64,000 bases of DNA from IMG/VR virus record IMGVR_UViG_3300027833_002114, positions 4,543-68,542 of that record; one strand, given 5' to 3'. Source of the stretch: a virus. Below, one piece after another: positions 39,129 to 49,452 of this stretch. Position 1 is the first letter of the stretch; each line of letters opens with the position of its first letter. The notes beneath the pieces were generated by a model. The model was given only the letters and a program-made list of their open reading frames with translations, made no database searches and was not told where the DNA came from. Position numbers and translations under genes: made by a program.

Positions 39129-40380
39129 ACCTTTATTAGTATATCAGGCACCAATAGCAACTAGAAGTGGTTATGGTGACCATTCAAGAGATATCTTGAA
39201 ATCATTATTTGAATTAGATAAGTACGATGTTAAAATTGTACCAACACGATGGGGAAATACTCCACAAGACCAAATCAATCCACAAACTGAGTTTGGACAA
39301 AAGGTTATACAAAATATAACAACTCAAGTTGATAGAAAACCAGATATTTTTATACAAGTATCGGTTGCAAATGAATTTAAAAGAGTTGGTGAGTATAATA
39401 TTGGGATTACTGCTGGAGTAGAATCTACGGTTGCACCTCAAGAATTTTTACAAGGTGGTAATCAGATGGATTTAATCATAACACCATCAGAGTTTACAAA
39501 AGAAGTTTTGGTTAAAACAACATATACTCAAGTTGATAAAACAACTAAAAAAGAAATAGGGCAAGTCAAATTAGATAGACCTGTTGAAGTTTTATTTGAA
39601 GGAGTTGATACTTCTATATTTAATGGAAAATCAAAAAAATCGGTTTTAGATTCAGTTGATACTGATTTTAACTTCCTTTTTGTAGGACATTGGTTAGCAG
39701 GTGGATTGGGACATGATAGAAAGGATGTAGGAATGATGATTAAAACATTTTGTACTGTTTTTAAATCATTACCAAAAGATAAACAACCAGGTTTTATTCT
39801 AAAAACATCTCATGCAGGTTTCTCAGTAGGTGATAGAGAAAAGATAGCAATTAATATAAAAAATATAACTGAAGAATTTGGTGATAAGTGTCCTCCTATT
39901 CATTTAGTATTTGGGGATTTATCCGAATCAGAATTAAATGATTTGTATAATGATGATAAAGTAAAAGCAATGGTATCATTTACCAAGGGAGAAGGATATG
40001 GTAGACCACTTGCAGAATTTGCTACAACGGGTAAACCAATCATTGTTTCTAATTGGAGTGGATTCACAGATTTCTTACCAAAAGAACATACACTCTACTT
40101 GGATGGTGAGCTACAAAACATTGATGAATCAGCTTCTAATAAATTTTTATTAAAAGAAGCTAAGTGGTTTTATGTAAATTATTCTAAAGCAGCTCAAGTA
40201 TTGTATAAAACTTATGATAAATACACAGATGCACTAAAACAAAGTGCAGGATTGAAAGTTAATATAAACAAGAATTTCACACTAAATAAAATGACAAGTA
40301 AATTGGGTGAAATACTTGATAAATATGTTAAGGTAACACAAAAAATAGAAATGAAATTACCAACTATTAATAAACTTTAA
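39121..40380 (+). CDS. GT-B (GT4-like) glycosyltransferase
   Basis: SGYG, DRKDV, GEGYGRPLAEF, GKPIIVSNWSG. Confidence 0.88.
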   Translation: MNKPLLVYQAPIATRSGYGDHSRDILKSLFELDKYDVKIVPTRWGNTPQDQINPQTEFGQKVIQNITTQVDRKPDIFIQVSVANEFKRVGEYNIGITAGVESTVAPQEFLQGGNQMDLIITPSEFTKEVLVKTTYTQVDKTTKKEIGQVKLDRPVEVLFEGVDTSIFNGKSKKSVLDSVDTDFNFLFVGHWLAGGLGHDRKDVGMMIKTFCTVFKSLPKDKQPGFILKTSHAGFSVGDREKIAINIKNITEEFGDKCPPIHLVFGDLSESELNDLYNDDKVKAMVSFTKGEGYGRPLAEFATTGKPIIVSNWSGFTDFLPKEHTLYLDGELQNIDESASNKFLLKEAKWFYVNYSKAAQVLYKTYDKYTDALKQSAGLKVNINKNFTLNKMTSKLGEILDKYVKVTQKIEMKLPTINKL

Positions 40381-40916
40381 TGGCATATACAAGACAATAT
40401 CAGGCATTTCTAAAACCGGAAAGAAGAGTTGGTAAAGCATTAATCAGACCACGAAACATTTATAGAATCACAACTTATAAAGGAGGAGAACCTGCAACTA
40501 GAAGTGGTGAAGATGCAAGATATGTATTTGTTATTGGTATTGTGGATAAAATGGTTCATTGTATTAAACTTAATCCAATAAAACCTATTGATTTTACAAC
40601 ATTAATAGCTAAACTTAGAGATAAAAGAATACCAATAGGTTCAGACCAATCATTGGAATTATTGTTGAAGAAATTTAGTAAAGATGGTAATAATTTATTT
40701 TCATCTTTTATAAAAAATAATAGTAAATTATATTCTCGTTCATTATCAAATTATAGAACATATAAATTAAATAATATAACAAACATTTACGAAATTAGAT
40801 TTGAACAAGAGTTCTTACAAGAACTATTCAAAGAAGGTTCAAATAAATCAACAAGAAGACAAGTTATTACAGAAGAAGTAGCAGAAGACAAACAAGATAT
40901 AGCAGATAATGAATAA
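40380..40916 (+). CDS. Hypothetical basic protein (weak resemblance to T4 gp2 DNA end protector)
   Basis: VFVIG...HCIKLN...NYRTY; the resemblance is tentative. Confidence 0.4.
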   Translation: MAYTRQYQAFLKPERRVGKALIRPRNIYRITTYKGGEPATRSGEDARYVFVIGIVDKMVHCIKLNPIKPIDFTTLIAKLRDKRIPIGSDQSLELLLKKFSKDGNNLFSSFIKNNSKLYSRSLSNYRTYKLNNITNIYEIRFEQEFLQELFKEGSNKSTRRQVITEEVAEDKQDIADNE

Positions 40917-41907
40917 AATATTAATCACAGGAGTAGCAGGTTTACTTGGAAGTAGATTGGCAGATTGGATTATAGAAAATAAACCAAATGTAGAAGTTTG
41001 GGGATTAGATGATTTATCAGGTGGGTATAAAGAAAACGTAAATAGTAAAGTAAAATTTATAAAAGTAAATTTGGTTACTGATGCACCATTAGTATCTCAT
41101 GTTTTCGAAGCTGAAAAGTTTGATTATGTATTTCACTTTGCCGCTTATGCAGCTGAAGGATTATCACCATTTATTAGAACATATAACTATGATAACAATC
41201 TTAGAGCAACTGCTCTTATTGTAAACGAATGTATTAAACATGATGTTACTAGATTGGTGTTCACTTCAACATTAGCTGTATATGGATATGGTTATGGTGG
41301 TATCTTTGATGAAACACAAGTACCAAACCCAATAGACCCTTATGGTGTTGCAAAATATGGATGTGAAATGGATATACAAATTGCGGGTGAACAACATGGA
41401 TTAGATTGGTGTATTATCAGACCACATAATGTATATGGTATTAAACAAAACATATGGGATAAATACAGAAATGTATTAGGAATATGGATGTATCAACATT
41501 TAAATGGTGAGGATATGACAATATTTGGTGATGGTACACAAACAAGAGCATTTAGTTTCATTGATGATTCATTAGAACCATTATGGAATTCTGCAGTTAG
41601 AAAAGAAGCATCAAAAGAAATTATTAACTTAGGTGGTGTTGAAGAAATATCAATTAAGGATGCATCAACTATTGTTAGAGAAGTTATTGGTGAGGGTAAA
41701 GTAGTTCACTTAGAACCAAGACATGAAGTTAAACATTCAATACCAACATTTCAGAAATCAATTGATTTGTTAGGATTCGAACATAAAACTTCCATGAAAG
41801 ATGGATTAACACAAATGTGGAAATGGGTTAAAGAACAACCGATGAGAGAAAGATTTGTTTGGTCAGAGTATGAATTAGATAAAGGAATATATAGTTTTTG
41901 GAAATGA
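40909..41907 (+). CDS. NAD-dependent nucleotide-sugar epimerase/dehydratase
   Basis: ITGVAGLLG, YGVAK, RPHNVYG, GDGTQTRAF. Confidence 0.92.
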   Translation: MNKILITGVAGLLGSRLADWIIENKPNVEVWGLDDLSGGYKENVNSKVKFIKVNLVTDAPLVSHVFEAEKFDYVFHFAAYAAEGLSPFIRTYNYDNNLRATALIVNECIKHDVTRLVFTSTLAVYGYGYGGIFDETQVPNPIDPYGVAKYGCEMDIQIAGEQHGLDWCIIRPHNVYGIKQNIWDKYRNVLGIWMYQHLNGEDMTIFGDGTQTRAFSFIDDSLEPLWNSAVRKEASKEIINLGGVEEISIKDASTIVREVIGEGKVVHLEPRHEVKHSIPTFQKSIDLLGFEHKTSMKDGLTQMWKWVKEQPMRERFVWSEYELDKGIYSFWK

Positions 41908-42527
41908 AAATAAGTTATGCAATTACGGTTTGTAATGAGTTAGATGAAATAACTAAGTTATTAAACTTTTTACAATTAAATATTAGAAAAGAAGATGAAA
42001 TTGTAATACAATACGATGAATCATCTGTTACATCTGAAGTAAAAGAATATATTTCTTTAATGGATATGATGCATGAAAATCATAATGTTATTGGATTTCC
42101 TCTTAATAAAGATTTTGCATCATTTAAAAATAATCTTAAATCAAATTGTAGTGGTGATTATATTTTTCAAATAGATGCAGATGAAATACCACACGCTGCT
42201 TTAATAGAGTATTTACCTGAAGTATTAACTACCAATCCTGTTGATATTGTATTTGTACCACGAGTAAATACAGTAGAAGGGTTAACACAAGAACACATTG
42301 ATAAATGGGGTTGGAATGTTAACGAAAAAGGTTGGGTTAATTGGCCTGATTATCAAACTCGTATTTACAAAAATACAGAAGATGTAACTTGGATGAATAA
42401 AGTACATGAAAAAATAACAGGATATAATAACTTTTCTAATTTTCCAATGGAAGAACATTGGAGTTTATATCATCCAAAGAAAATAGATAGACAAGAAAAG
42501 CAAAACGAATTTTACGAAACAATATGA
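41904..42527 (+). CDS. GT2-like glycosyltransferase
   Basis: ISYAITVCNE, QIDADE, PDYQTR, VHE; ATG 41904. Confidence 0.85.
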   Translation: MKISYAITVCNELDEITKLLNFLQLNIRKEDEIVIQYDESSVTSEVKEYISLMDMMHENHNVIGFPLNKDFASFKNNLKSNCSGDYIFQIDADEIPHAALIEYLPEVLTTNPVDIVFVPRVNTVEGLTQEHIDKWGWNVNEKGWVNWPDYQTRIYKNTEDVTWMNKVHEKITGYNNFSNFPMEEHWSLYHPKKIDRQEKQNEFYETI

Positions 42528-43372
42528 AAACACTAGTAACAGGTGGTGCAGGTTTTATTGGAAGTAATCTTATTAAGAGATTAAAAGATGATGGACATCA
42601 TGTTGTAGTATTGGATGATTATTCAACTGGTGATAGAAAAAATCACATAGAAGGTGTAAAATATATAAACGCAGATATTGAACAAATAGAATACATTAAA
42701 GGAAAGGATGTTGATTTATGTTTTCATCTAGGTGCGGTATCAAGAGTACAACCATCATTTGATGACCCAACAGAATGTTTACGAGTTAATGTAAATGGAA
42801 CTGAAAAGGTAATGGAATGGGCAGATAATTGGGATATACGAGTTGTATATGCTGGTTCATCTTCTAAACACCATGACCCTACCGATTCACCATATGCTAT
42901 GTACAAATATCTTGGAGAAGAAGTTTGTAAGTTATACAAAAATAGTTTTGATGTTGATGTTAGAATTGCTAGATTCTATAATGTATATGGACCAGGTGAA
43001 TCATTGGATGAAAAATATGGTAATGTAATTGGTATTTGGAGAACCAAGAGTTTCAATTGTGAAAAACTACCAATTGTAGGTGATGGTGAACAAAGAAGAG
43101 ATTTTACTCATGTAGATGATATAGTAGATGGTTTGATTAAAATATCAGAAACAGATGATATACACGAAGATGCATGGGAACTTGGGTGTGGTGTAAACTA
43201 CTCAGTAAATCAGTTGGCAGGATTCTTTAATGAAAGATTCGAAACTGAAACAACTTACATACCAGAACAAAAAGGAAATTATAGAGAAACTCTTAATACC
43301 AATACAGATGCTATTGATAGATTAGGATGGAAACCACAAGATAGATTAGAAGATTATATAAAAAGTTTATAA
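42524..43372 (+). CDS. NAD-dependent nucleotide-sugar epimerase/dehydratase
   Basis: VTGGAGFIGS, YAMYK, RFYNVYGP, GDGEQRRDF. Confidence 0.92.
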   Translation: MKTLVTGGAGFIGSNLIKRLKDDGHHVVVLDDYSTGDRKNHIEGVKYINADIEQIEYIKGKDVDLCFHLGAVSRVQPSFDDPTECLRVNVNGTEKVMEWADNWDIRVVYAGSSSKHHDPTDSPYAMYKYLGEEVCKLYKNSFDVDVRIARFYNVYGPGESLDEKYGNVIGIWRTKSFNCEKLPIVGDGEQRRDFTHVDDIVDGLIKISETDDIHEDAWELGCGVNYSVNQLAGFFNERFETETTYIPEQKGNYRETLNTNTDAIDRLGWKPQDRLEDYIKSL

Positions 43373-44205
43373 TGATAGGAATCATAGGGCAAGGTTTCGT
43401 AGGAAATGCAGTTTACCAAAAGTTTAAAAACTATTATGATGTACTTACATATGATTTAGATGAAACAAAATCTAATTCTAATGTAAATGAAATAATTTGT
43501 AAATGTACAAATATATTCATATGTTTACCAACACCAATGAATAAAGATGGGAGTTGTAATATCAGTATAGTAGAACAAGTTTTAACTGGAATTGATTTAA
43601 CAACTGATAACTTAGAAACCCAAAGAAACATTATAATCAAATCCACAATACCACCAGGTACAACTGCAAAATGGAATCATAGATTTGAATCACTTAATAT
43701 CGTATTTAATCCAGAGTTCTTAACAGAGGCAAATGCCGTATCTGATTATGAGAACCAAGATAGAATTATATTAGGTGGTGTAAGACCTGCAACTACTGAA
43801 TTGAAAACTATATTTTCAAAAGTATTCCCAAAGGCACATATAATCAAAACAGATTCAACTCATGCTGAGATGGTGAAGTATTTAACTAATACATTTTTAG
43901 CTACTAAAGTATCATTCGCAAACGAAATGTATTCATTGTGTAATGAACTCAATGTTGATTATGATAAAGTTGTAGAATATGCAACGTTAGATGATAGGTT
44001 AGGAAAATCTCATTGGAATGTACCAGGACCAGATGGAGATTTTGGATTCGGTGGACATTGTTTTCCGAAAGATTTAGCAGCAATACTTCATTTAAGTGAG
44101 GAATTAAATACAATGAATAATGTACTATGTGCAGTTCAAGAAACTAACAATAACGTTAGAAAGAATAGAGATTGGGAACAAATGAAAGGAAGAGCAGTAT
44201 CATGA
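43372..44205 (+). CDS. UDP-glucose/GDP-mannose 6-dehydrogenase family protein, short form lacking the C-terminal domain
   Basis: GQGFVG, CLPTP, KSTIPPGT, NPEFL, AEMVKY, GGHCFPKD. Confidence 0.88.
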   Translation: MIGIIGQGFVGNAVYQKFKNYYDVLTYDLDETKSNSNVNEIICKCTNIFICLPTPMNKDGSCNISIVEQVLTGIDLTTDNLETQRNIIIKSTIPPGTTAKWNHRFESLNIVFNPEFLTEANAVSDYENQDRIILGGVRPATTELKTIFSKVFPKAHIIKTDSTHAEMVKYLTNTFLATKVSFANEMYSLCNELNVDYDKVVEYATLDDRLGKSHWNVPGPDGDFGFGGHCFPKDLAAILHLSEELNTMNNVLCAVQETNNNVRKNRDWEQMKGRAVS

Positions 44206-45086
44206 AAGTAACATTTATATATGCATATGAAAACGAAGAATGGTCAACACCAATGGCTCTTGCAAATGAATTTGAATCAAGAGATTGGGAAGTTGATTTT
44301 GTTTCTATTGGTTCAAATAGAACAGGACAATATTCTGATGAACAACTTCAACTTTGGATTCAACAAGATTTAGAATGTGATATTGCATTGTTTATGGATT
44401 GGGGTAGGTTTGATTCTAAGTGGTTGGATAAGAATTTAAAATCAGACACATTTTGGGTACAAGAAAGTGGAGATGACCCACAGAACTTTGAAAGAAACTT
44501 TCCCAAATCAGATAGATTTGATATGACTCTTTCACCCGATAGTGATGCAACTAACGAATATAAAAATAGAGGAATTGCTTCATATTGGTGGACACATTTT
44601 GCAGATACACGAGTTCAGTTTCCCATGGATATAGAACCTGAATATGTTGGAGTAACTACCAGAGGAACTGGTAATTCAGAATTTTTAGATACACTAACTC
44701 AACATGGTGGGGGAACTATTGGAAATAAAAATGGACTTGATGCAAAAGAACATACAGAATTTCTTAATAAAGGATTAATGGTAATTCAAAATTCAAGATG
44801 GGGTGAAGTAACCCGTAGAATATTTGAAGGAATGGCTTGTGGTAAATTAGTGTTATGTGATAGATTACATGAAAATAAGAAATTACATGAATTGTTTATA
44901 GATGGTGAAGATATCGTTTACTATGATGATATGATAGATTGTATCACTAAAATGAATAGATATTCTGAAGATAATATTGAAAGAGAGCGTATCGCAAAAA
45001 ATGGTTATAATAAAGTTCTAAAAAACCATACACAGAAACAACGAGTAGATTTCATACTCAAAAAATATAAAGAGTGGAAGAATTAA
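44202..45086 (+). CDS. CgeB/Glyco_trans_1_2-like glycosyltransferase
   Basis: RRIFEGMACG, IAKNGY.KV...HT...RV; ATG 44202. Confidence 0.8.
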   Translation: MKVTFIYAYENEEWSTPMALANEFESRDWEVDFVSIGSNRTGQYSDEQLQLWIQQDLECDIALFMDWGRFDSKWLDKNLKSDTFWVQESGDDPQNFERNFPKSDRFDMTLSPDSDATNEYKNRGIASYWWTHFADTRVQFPMDIEPEYVGVTTRGTGNSEFLDTLTQHGGGTIGNKNGLDAKEHTEFLNKGLMVIQNSRWGEVTRRIFEGMACGKLVLCDRLHENKKLHELFIDGEDIVYYDDMIDCITKMNRYSEDNIERERIAKNGYNKVLKNHTQKQRVDFILKKYKEWKN

Positions 45087-46666
45087 AACCATATTCTAAA
45101 AAAGATTTACTAGTAGGATGTATTACTAAATACTCCAAATCAGACATTGAACCGTGGGTAGAATCAATTCAAAGAAGTGGTTATACTGGTGGTAAGATGA
45201 TGTTGGTATATGATGTATCTCAAGATGTAATCAATTACTTAAAATTAAATCATTTTGATGTTTATCAATCACAACTAAATCAACACATTATATTACAAAG
45301 ATTTTTAGATTTAAACCATCTTTTAAAAGATATTGATTGTGATAGAATTATTTGGACTGATGTTAAGGATGTTATATTTCAAACCAATCCATCTCATTGG
45401 TTAAACAAAAACAAAAATAAACCAATCATTGCTTGTTCAGAGTGTATTACATTTAAAGATGATGAATGGGCAGTTACAAATGCAGGAACATCTTTCCCTA
45501 TGGAATGGGAATGGTTACAAAATAAAACATCACATTGTGCAGGAACTATTGCTGGTGATAAAGAATACATCAGAGATTTATTTATAAACATTTACCGATG
45601 GAGTTTAACAAGTTCGAATCCAGACCAGTTATCAGACCAAGCAGCATATAATGTTTTAATTAACCAAACTCAATATAAAGATATTGTACAATTCACACCA
45701 CAAGAAGATGGATTTGCAACTCAACTTGGAACTGTTCTAATTAAGAAAGACCACTTCGGTGATAAATTATTAGAACCTACTCCAATCGTAGATGATTTAA
45801 TCAGAAATCAAAAAGGAGAACCATTTGTAATCGTTCATCAGTATGATAGAAATCCTCAACTAAAACAATCTATTCATAATATGTACAAAGATAAAATTTA
45901 TACAGAACCTTCAAAAGATAATGCATTAGGATTTAGTTATGAAAATTGGTTATCTATAAGAAGTAAGGGAAAATATGATACCCAATACAATGATTTACTT
46001 AAAGATAAAAGAGTTATAATTGTAGGACCATCTCCATCACTCGTAGGAAGTGGTAAGGGAAAAGAAATAGATGATTATGATATTGTTATCAGAATTAACA
46101 AGGGATTTCCAATCGAAGAAGGAATGGAATCTGATTTGGGTTCACGCACAGATATTCATTATCATTGTCTACACACACATCCAGCGTGTGGTGGTAAGAT
46201 TTTTTATGAAGAAATGAAAGATAAAAACGTTTTAGTTTCTTGTCCTTATCCAAAGTATGTTGGACCATTTCATGGTGATGTAACTTCATTTGAAAGTGAA
46301 AACAAAAAATGGAATCTACCATTTCATTGTGCTGATACTGATTATTATATTGGTGTTGCAAAAATGTTAGGTACAAGACCTAATGCAGGTACAATGACAA
46401 TAATGGATTTACTTTGTTATGATTTAAAAGAATTACATATTACAGGTTTTACTTGGTTTAGAGATGGTTGGAGAAAAACATATAAAGACCATTGTGAACT
46501 ATTTGGTGAAGAGGAAGGTAAACGAAAAAGAGAAAAAGAATTAAGTGGTGAGTTCGGTGGAAATCATCTTCAAAAACCACAAGAAGATTTAGTAAGAGAA
46601 ATATATTTGAATGATGACAGAGTTTTTATTGATGATATAATGAAACAAATACTTGAAGTAAAGTAG
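45074..46666 (+). CDS. Two-domain glycosyltransferase: GT-A domain plus a GT29 sialyltransferase-like domain
   Basis: N-terminal TDVKDVIFQ.NP, DQAAYN, HQYDR; C-terminal L-motif-like RVIIVGPS..L.GSG.G.EIDDYDIVIRIN...GSRT and S-motif-like PNAG...ELHITGF. Confidence 0.75.
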   Translation: MEELKPYSKKDLLVGCITKYSKSDIEPWVESIQRSGYTGGKMMLVYDVSQDVINYLKLNHFDVYQSQLNQHIILQRFLDLNHLLKDIDCDRIIWTDVKDVIFQTNPSHWLNKNKNKPIIACSECITFKDDEWAVTNAGTSFPMEWEWLQNKTSHCAGTIAGDKEYIRDLFINIYRWSLTSSNPDQLSDQAAYNVLINQTQYKDIVQFTPQEDGFATQLGTVLIKKDHFGDKLLEPTPIVDDLIRNQKGEPFVIVHQYDRNPQLKQSIHNMYKDKIYTEPSKDNALGFSYENWLSIRSKGKYDTQYNDLLKDKRVIIVGPSPSLVGSGKGKEIDDYDIVIRINKGFPIEEGMESDLGSRTDIHYHCLHTHPACGGKIFYEEMKDKNVLVSCPYPKYVGPFHGDVTSFESENKKWNLPFHCADTDYYIGVAKMLGTRPNAGTMTIMDLLCYDLKELHITGFTWFRDGWRKTYKDHCELFGEEEGKRKREKELSGEFGGNHLQKPQEDLVREIYLNDDRVFIDDIMKQILEVK

Positions 46667-46672
46667 AAAAAA

Positions 46673-46712
46673 CTTGTATAATCCAAATAAATTTCGTATA
46701 TTTGTATAACAA
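46673..46712 (+). promoter_or_regulatory. Bacteroidota sigmaA-type promoter
   Basis: 46673-46703 is identical over 31 bp to 1390-1420, then GTATAAC. Confidence 0.8.
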
Positions 46713-46722
46713 ACACCTTAGT

Positions 46723-47148
46723 ATGAAACAAGATAGTAATGTAAAACGAGTATTAAAAGATGATGGAGTAACTAATTCCTTATTAGTTGCTGGTCATGAG
46801 TTCGAAAATCCAAAAACAATAAACATTCCAACACTAGAAAAAGAATTAGGTTATAAAGATTCTTGGGCAGTTCGAGTAGTTTATAATGATAGATTTGGTG
46901 GAGTTATAATCAAACAGAATCCTGGTGAGGGAAATAGATTACATTATCATCCTGATGCTGATGAATGTTGGGTTGTTCTTGAAGGTGAATATGAGTGGCA
47001 AATCGAAGAAGAAGTTAGTAGAGTTAAACAAGGTGATATCATTGTTGTAAAAGCTAACACATGGCATAAGATTACTGCAGTTGGTGATAAACCAGCCGCA
47101 AGATTAGCAATTACAAAACCAGATGTAGAACACATATATGAAGATTAA
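46723..47148 (+). CDS. Cupin-domain protein
   Basis: HYHPDADECWVVLEG, GDIIVV....WH; ATG 46723. Confidence 0.85.
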   Translation: MKQDSNVKRVLKDDGVTNSLLVAGHEFENPKTINIPTLEKELGYKDSWAVRVVYNDRFGGVIIKQNPGEGNRLHYHPDADECWVVLEGEYEWQIEEEVSRVKQGDIIVVKANTWHKITAVGDKPAARLAITKPDVEHIYED

Positions 47149-47809
47149 CTTTAAAAATAAAACAGCAGTAGTTGTTGGTTCTTCTAAAGGAATAGGATTG
47201 GGAGTAGCAGATAAGTTTGAAGAACTTGGTGCAAAAGTAATCCGAGTTTCGAGAACAGAGGGAGTTGATATATCTGATAAAAACAGTATAGATTCCTTTT
47301 TCGAATCAATTACAGATATTGATTTTTTAATCAATGTTGCTGGTATTAATTTTTGTAAGAAAATAGAAGATATAGAAATAGATGAGTGGGATTCTGTAAT
47401 TGATACAAACCTTCGTTCCTTTTATTATCTAATTAAAAAATCCATACCACTTATGAAAAGTGGAGGTAGAATAGTAAACGTATCTTCAATTGCAGGTAGA
47501 AATAAAAGTATTGTAAGTGGGGTTCATTATACTTCAAGTAAGGCAGGTATTATTGGATTAACAAGACAACTTGCACATGAACTAGGACCAAGAGGTATTC
47601 GTGTAAATTGTACTTGTCCATCTCAAACACTAACTCCCATGTTAGAAGAATCAATGACAAAAGAAGAACAAGATAAACTATGTGAGAATATTCCATTGAG
47701 AAGATTAGGTACAATAGATGACCAAGTTGGACCAATTGTATTCTTATGTTCAGAACTTTCAAACTATTTAAATGGTTCTGTAATTGATGTAAACGGAGGG
47801 CAGTTATGA
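47138..47809 (+). CDS. Short-chain dehydrogenase/reductase
   Basis: GSSKGIG, INVAG, NVSS, YTSSK, VNGG. Confidence 0.92.
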   Translation: MKINFKNKTAVVVGSSKGIGLGVADKFEELGAKVIRVSRTEGVDISDKNSIDSFFESITDIDFLINVAGINFCKKIEDIEIDEWDSVIDTNLRSFYYLIKKSIPLMKSGGRIVNVSSIAGRNKSIVSGVHYTSSKAGIIGLTRQLAHELGPRGIRVNCTCPSQTLTPMLEESMTKEEQDKLCENIPLRRLGTIDDQVGPIVFLCSELSNYLNGSVIDVNGGQL

Positions 47810-48468
47810 AAAAAGGAAAAGTTACAGCAGTAGTTGCAGTTCGTAAAGGTTCTCAAAGAGTACCTAATAAAAATATTAAACCATTTGGTGATACTACCTT
47901 ATTGGATTTAAAATTACAAACTTTATTAAAGGTTAGTAATATAGATGAAATCATAGTCAATAGTGATTGTGATGAAATGATTGAAATAGGAAAATCATAT
48001 GGTGTAAAAACAAAGAAAAGAGAAGAGTACTTTGCAAGTAGTGAAGCTTCTAATTCTGAGTTTCATGGTCATATTGGTAAAACAACTGATACTGATTATA
48101 TATTTCTGGCACCTGTATGTTCTCCTTTCATAAGTTCCGAAAAACACGAGGAAGCTATAAATAAATTTATGAATTCTGAATGTGATAGTTTAACCTCAAC
48201 ATCTTTGGTAAAAGGACACTTGTGGTTAGATGGTAAACCAATAAATTATGATTTAGATAATGTACCAAACTCACAGGATTTACCTGATATCGAAATGATA
48301 AATTATGGTATAACTATTGTAGATAAAAATACAATGAAAATCAAATCAAGAGTGATTGGTGATACTCCAGATTTCATTATACTTAATGAATACGAGGGAG
48401 TTGATATTAATACTCCTTTTGAATTCCAAACAGCAGAAATAATATACAAATTACAAAAAAATAAATAA
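47806..48468 (+). CDS. Acylneuraminate/ulosonate cytidylyltransferase (NeuA/KdsB family)
   Basis: AVRKGSQRVPNKNI, VNSD, CSPF, DINTPFEF. Confidence 0.85.
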   Translation: MKKGKVTAVVAVRKGSQRVPNKNIKPFGDTTLLDLKLQTLLKVSNIDEIIVNSDCDEMIEIGKSYGVKTKKREEYFASSEASNSEFHGHIGKTTDTDYIFLAPVCSPFISSEKHEEAINKFMNSECDSLTSTSLVKGHLWLDGKPINYDLDNVPNSQDLPDIEMINYGITIVDKNTMKIKSRVIGDTPDFIILNEYEGVDINTPFEFQTAEIIYKLQKNK

Positions 48469-48470
48469 TT

Positions 48471-49451
48471 ATGGCAGGATTAAATTTCGAAAACATTGGT
48501 GATAAATTCTTAGAAGTCATCAATACAAAAGAGTGGAATGATATACAAGAAAAATTCAACGATTGTGTGGATATTTTTGTATTAGGACATGGTGGTAACT
48601 TAGGAGTTGCAGACCATGCAGCAACAGATATCTCAAGGTTATCAAATGGAACAAAGAATGCACAAGCACCTGGTAGTGCCATTGTAGCAACCTCTCTAAT
48701 CAACGATTCTTCGTTTGATGATTGGATGGTTCATTGGGTAAGACAGAGAACTGTATCTCAAACACCAGAACAATTAAAGAAAACTTTAATTCTTGGTATT
48801 TCATCAAGTGGTAAATCAGTTGATATTATGAAAGCATTAGAAGATGGTGAATCACGAGGAATGCAAATTGCAATGATTACATCAGCTCCAATACCAGAAA
48901 AAATTAACAACTTATCAGAAGTTGTATTAGGTGCTGAATATTATCACACATCAGAAGTACTTACATTATTACTTACTTATCAACTTACACATGGTAGTGG
49001 TAAAGTTTGTCCTCCAATATTCCAAAACAAACCAGAAGATTTAGAATTACTAAATAGACAAGGTGGTGCATCTGCAACAAGAGAACATTCTTATCCTGAT
49101 GAATTAGTAAACATTGGTGTAGATTTCGATGGTGTTATTCATAAGAACTCAAAAGGATACCACGATGGAACTGTTTATGATGAACCAGTAGAAGGTGCAA
49201 GAGAAGCATTACAAAAACTATCTGAGAAATATGTTGTAATTGTATATTCTGCAAAAGCAAGGAAAGATAGAGGTTTAGTAAATGGACAAAGTGGTACACA
49301 ATTGATTTGGGAATGGTTAAAGAAACATGATTTAAATCAGTATGTATCTAAAGTAACTTCACAAAAACCAAGAGCAGTTGCTTACATAGATGATAAAGGA
49401 ATTAAGTTTGATAATTGGGATTCAGTATTATCACAAGTAGATTTATCATAA
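48471..49451 (+). CDS. SIS (GmhA-like) sugar-phosphate isomerase fused to a HAD phosphatase
   Basis: GHGGN..VADH, GISSSGKS; VDFDGVIH...YIDDK. Confidence 0.8.
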   Translation: MAGLNFENIGDKFLEVINTKEWNDIQEKFNDCVDIFVLGHGGNLGVADHAATDISRLSNGTKNAQAPGSAIVATSLINDSSFDDWMVHWVRQRTVSQTPEQLKKTLILGISSSGKSVDIMKALEDGESRGMQIAMITSAPIPEKINNLSEVVLGAEYYHTSEVLTLLLTYQLTHGSGKVCPPIFQNKPEDLELLNRQGGASATREHSYPDELVNIGVDFDGVIHKNSKGYHDGTVYDEPVEGAREALQKLSEKYVVIVYSAKARKDRGLVNGQSGTQLIWEWLKKHDLNQYVSKVTSQKPRAVAYIDDKGIKFDNWDSVLSQVDLS

Positions 49452-49452
49452 A

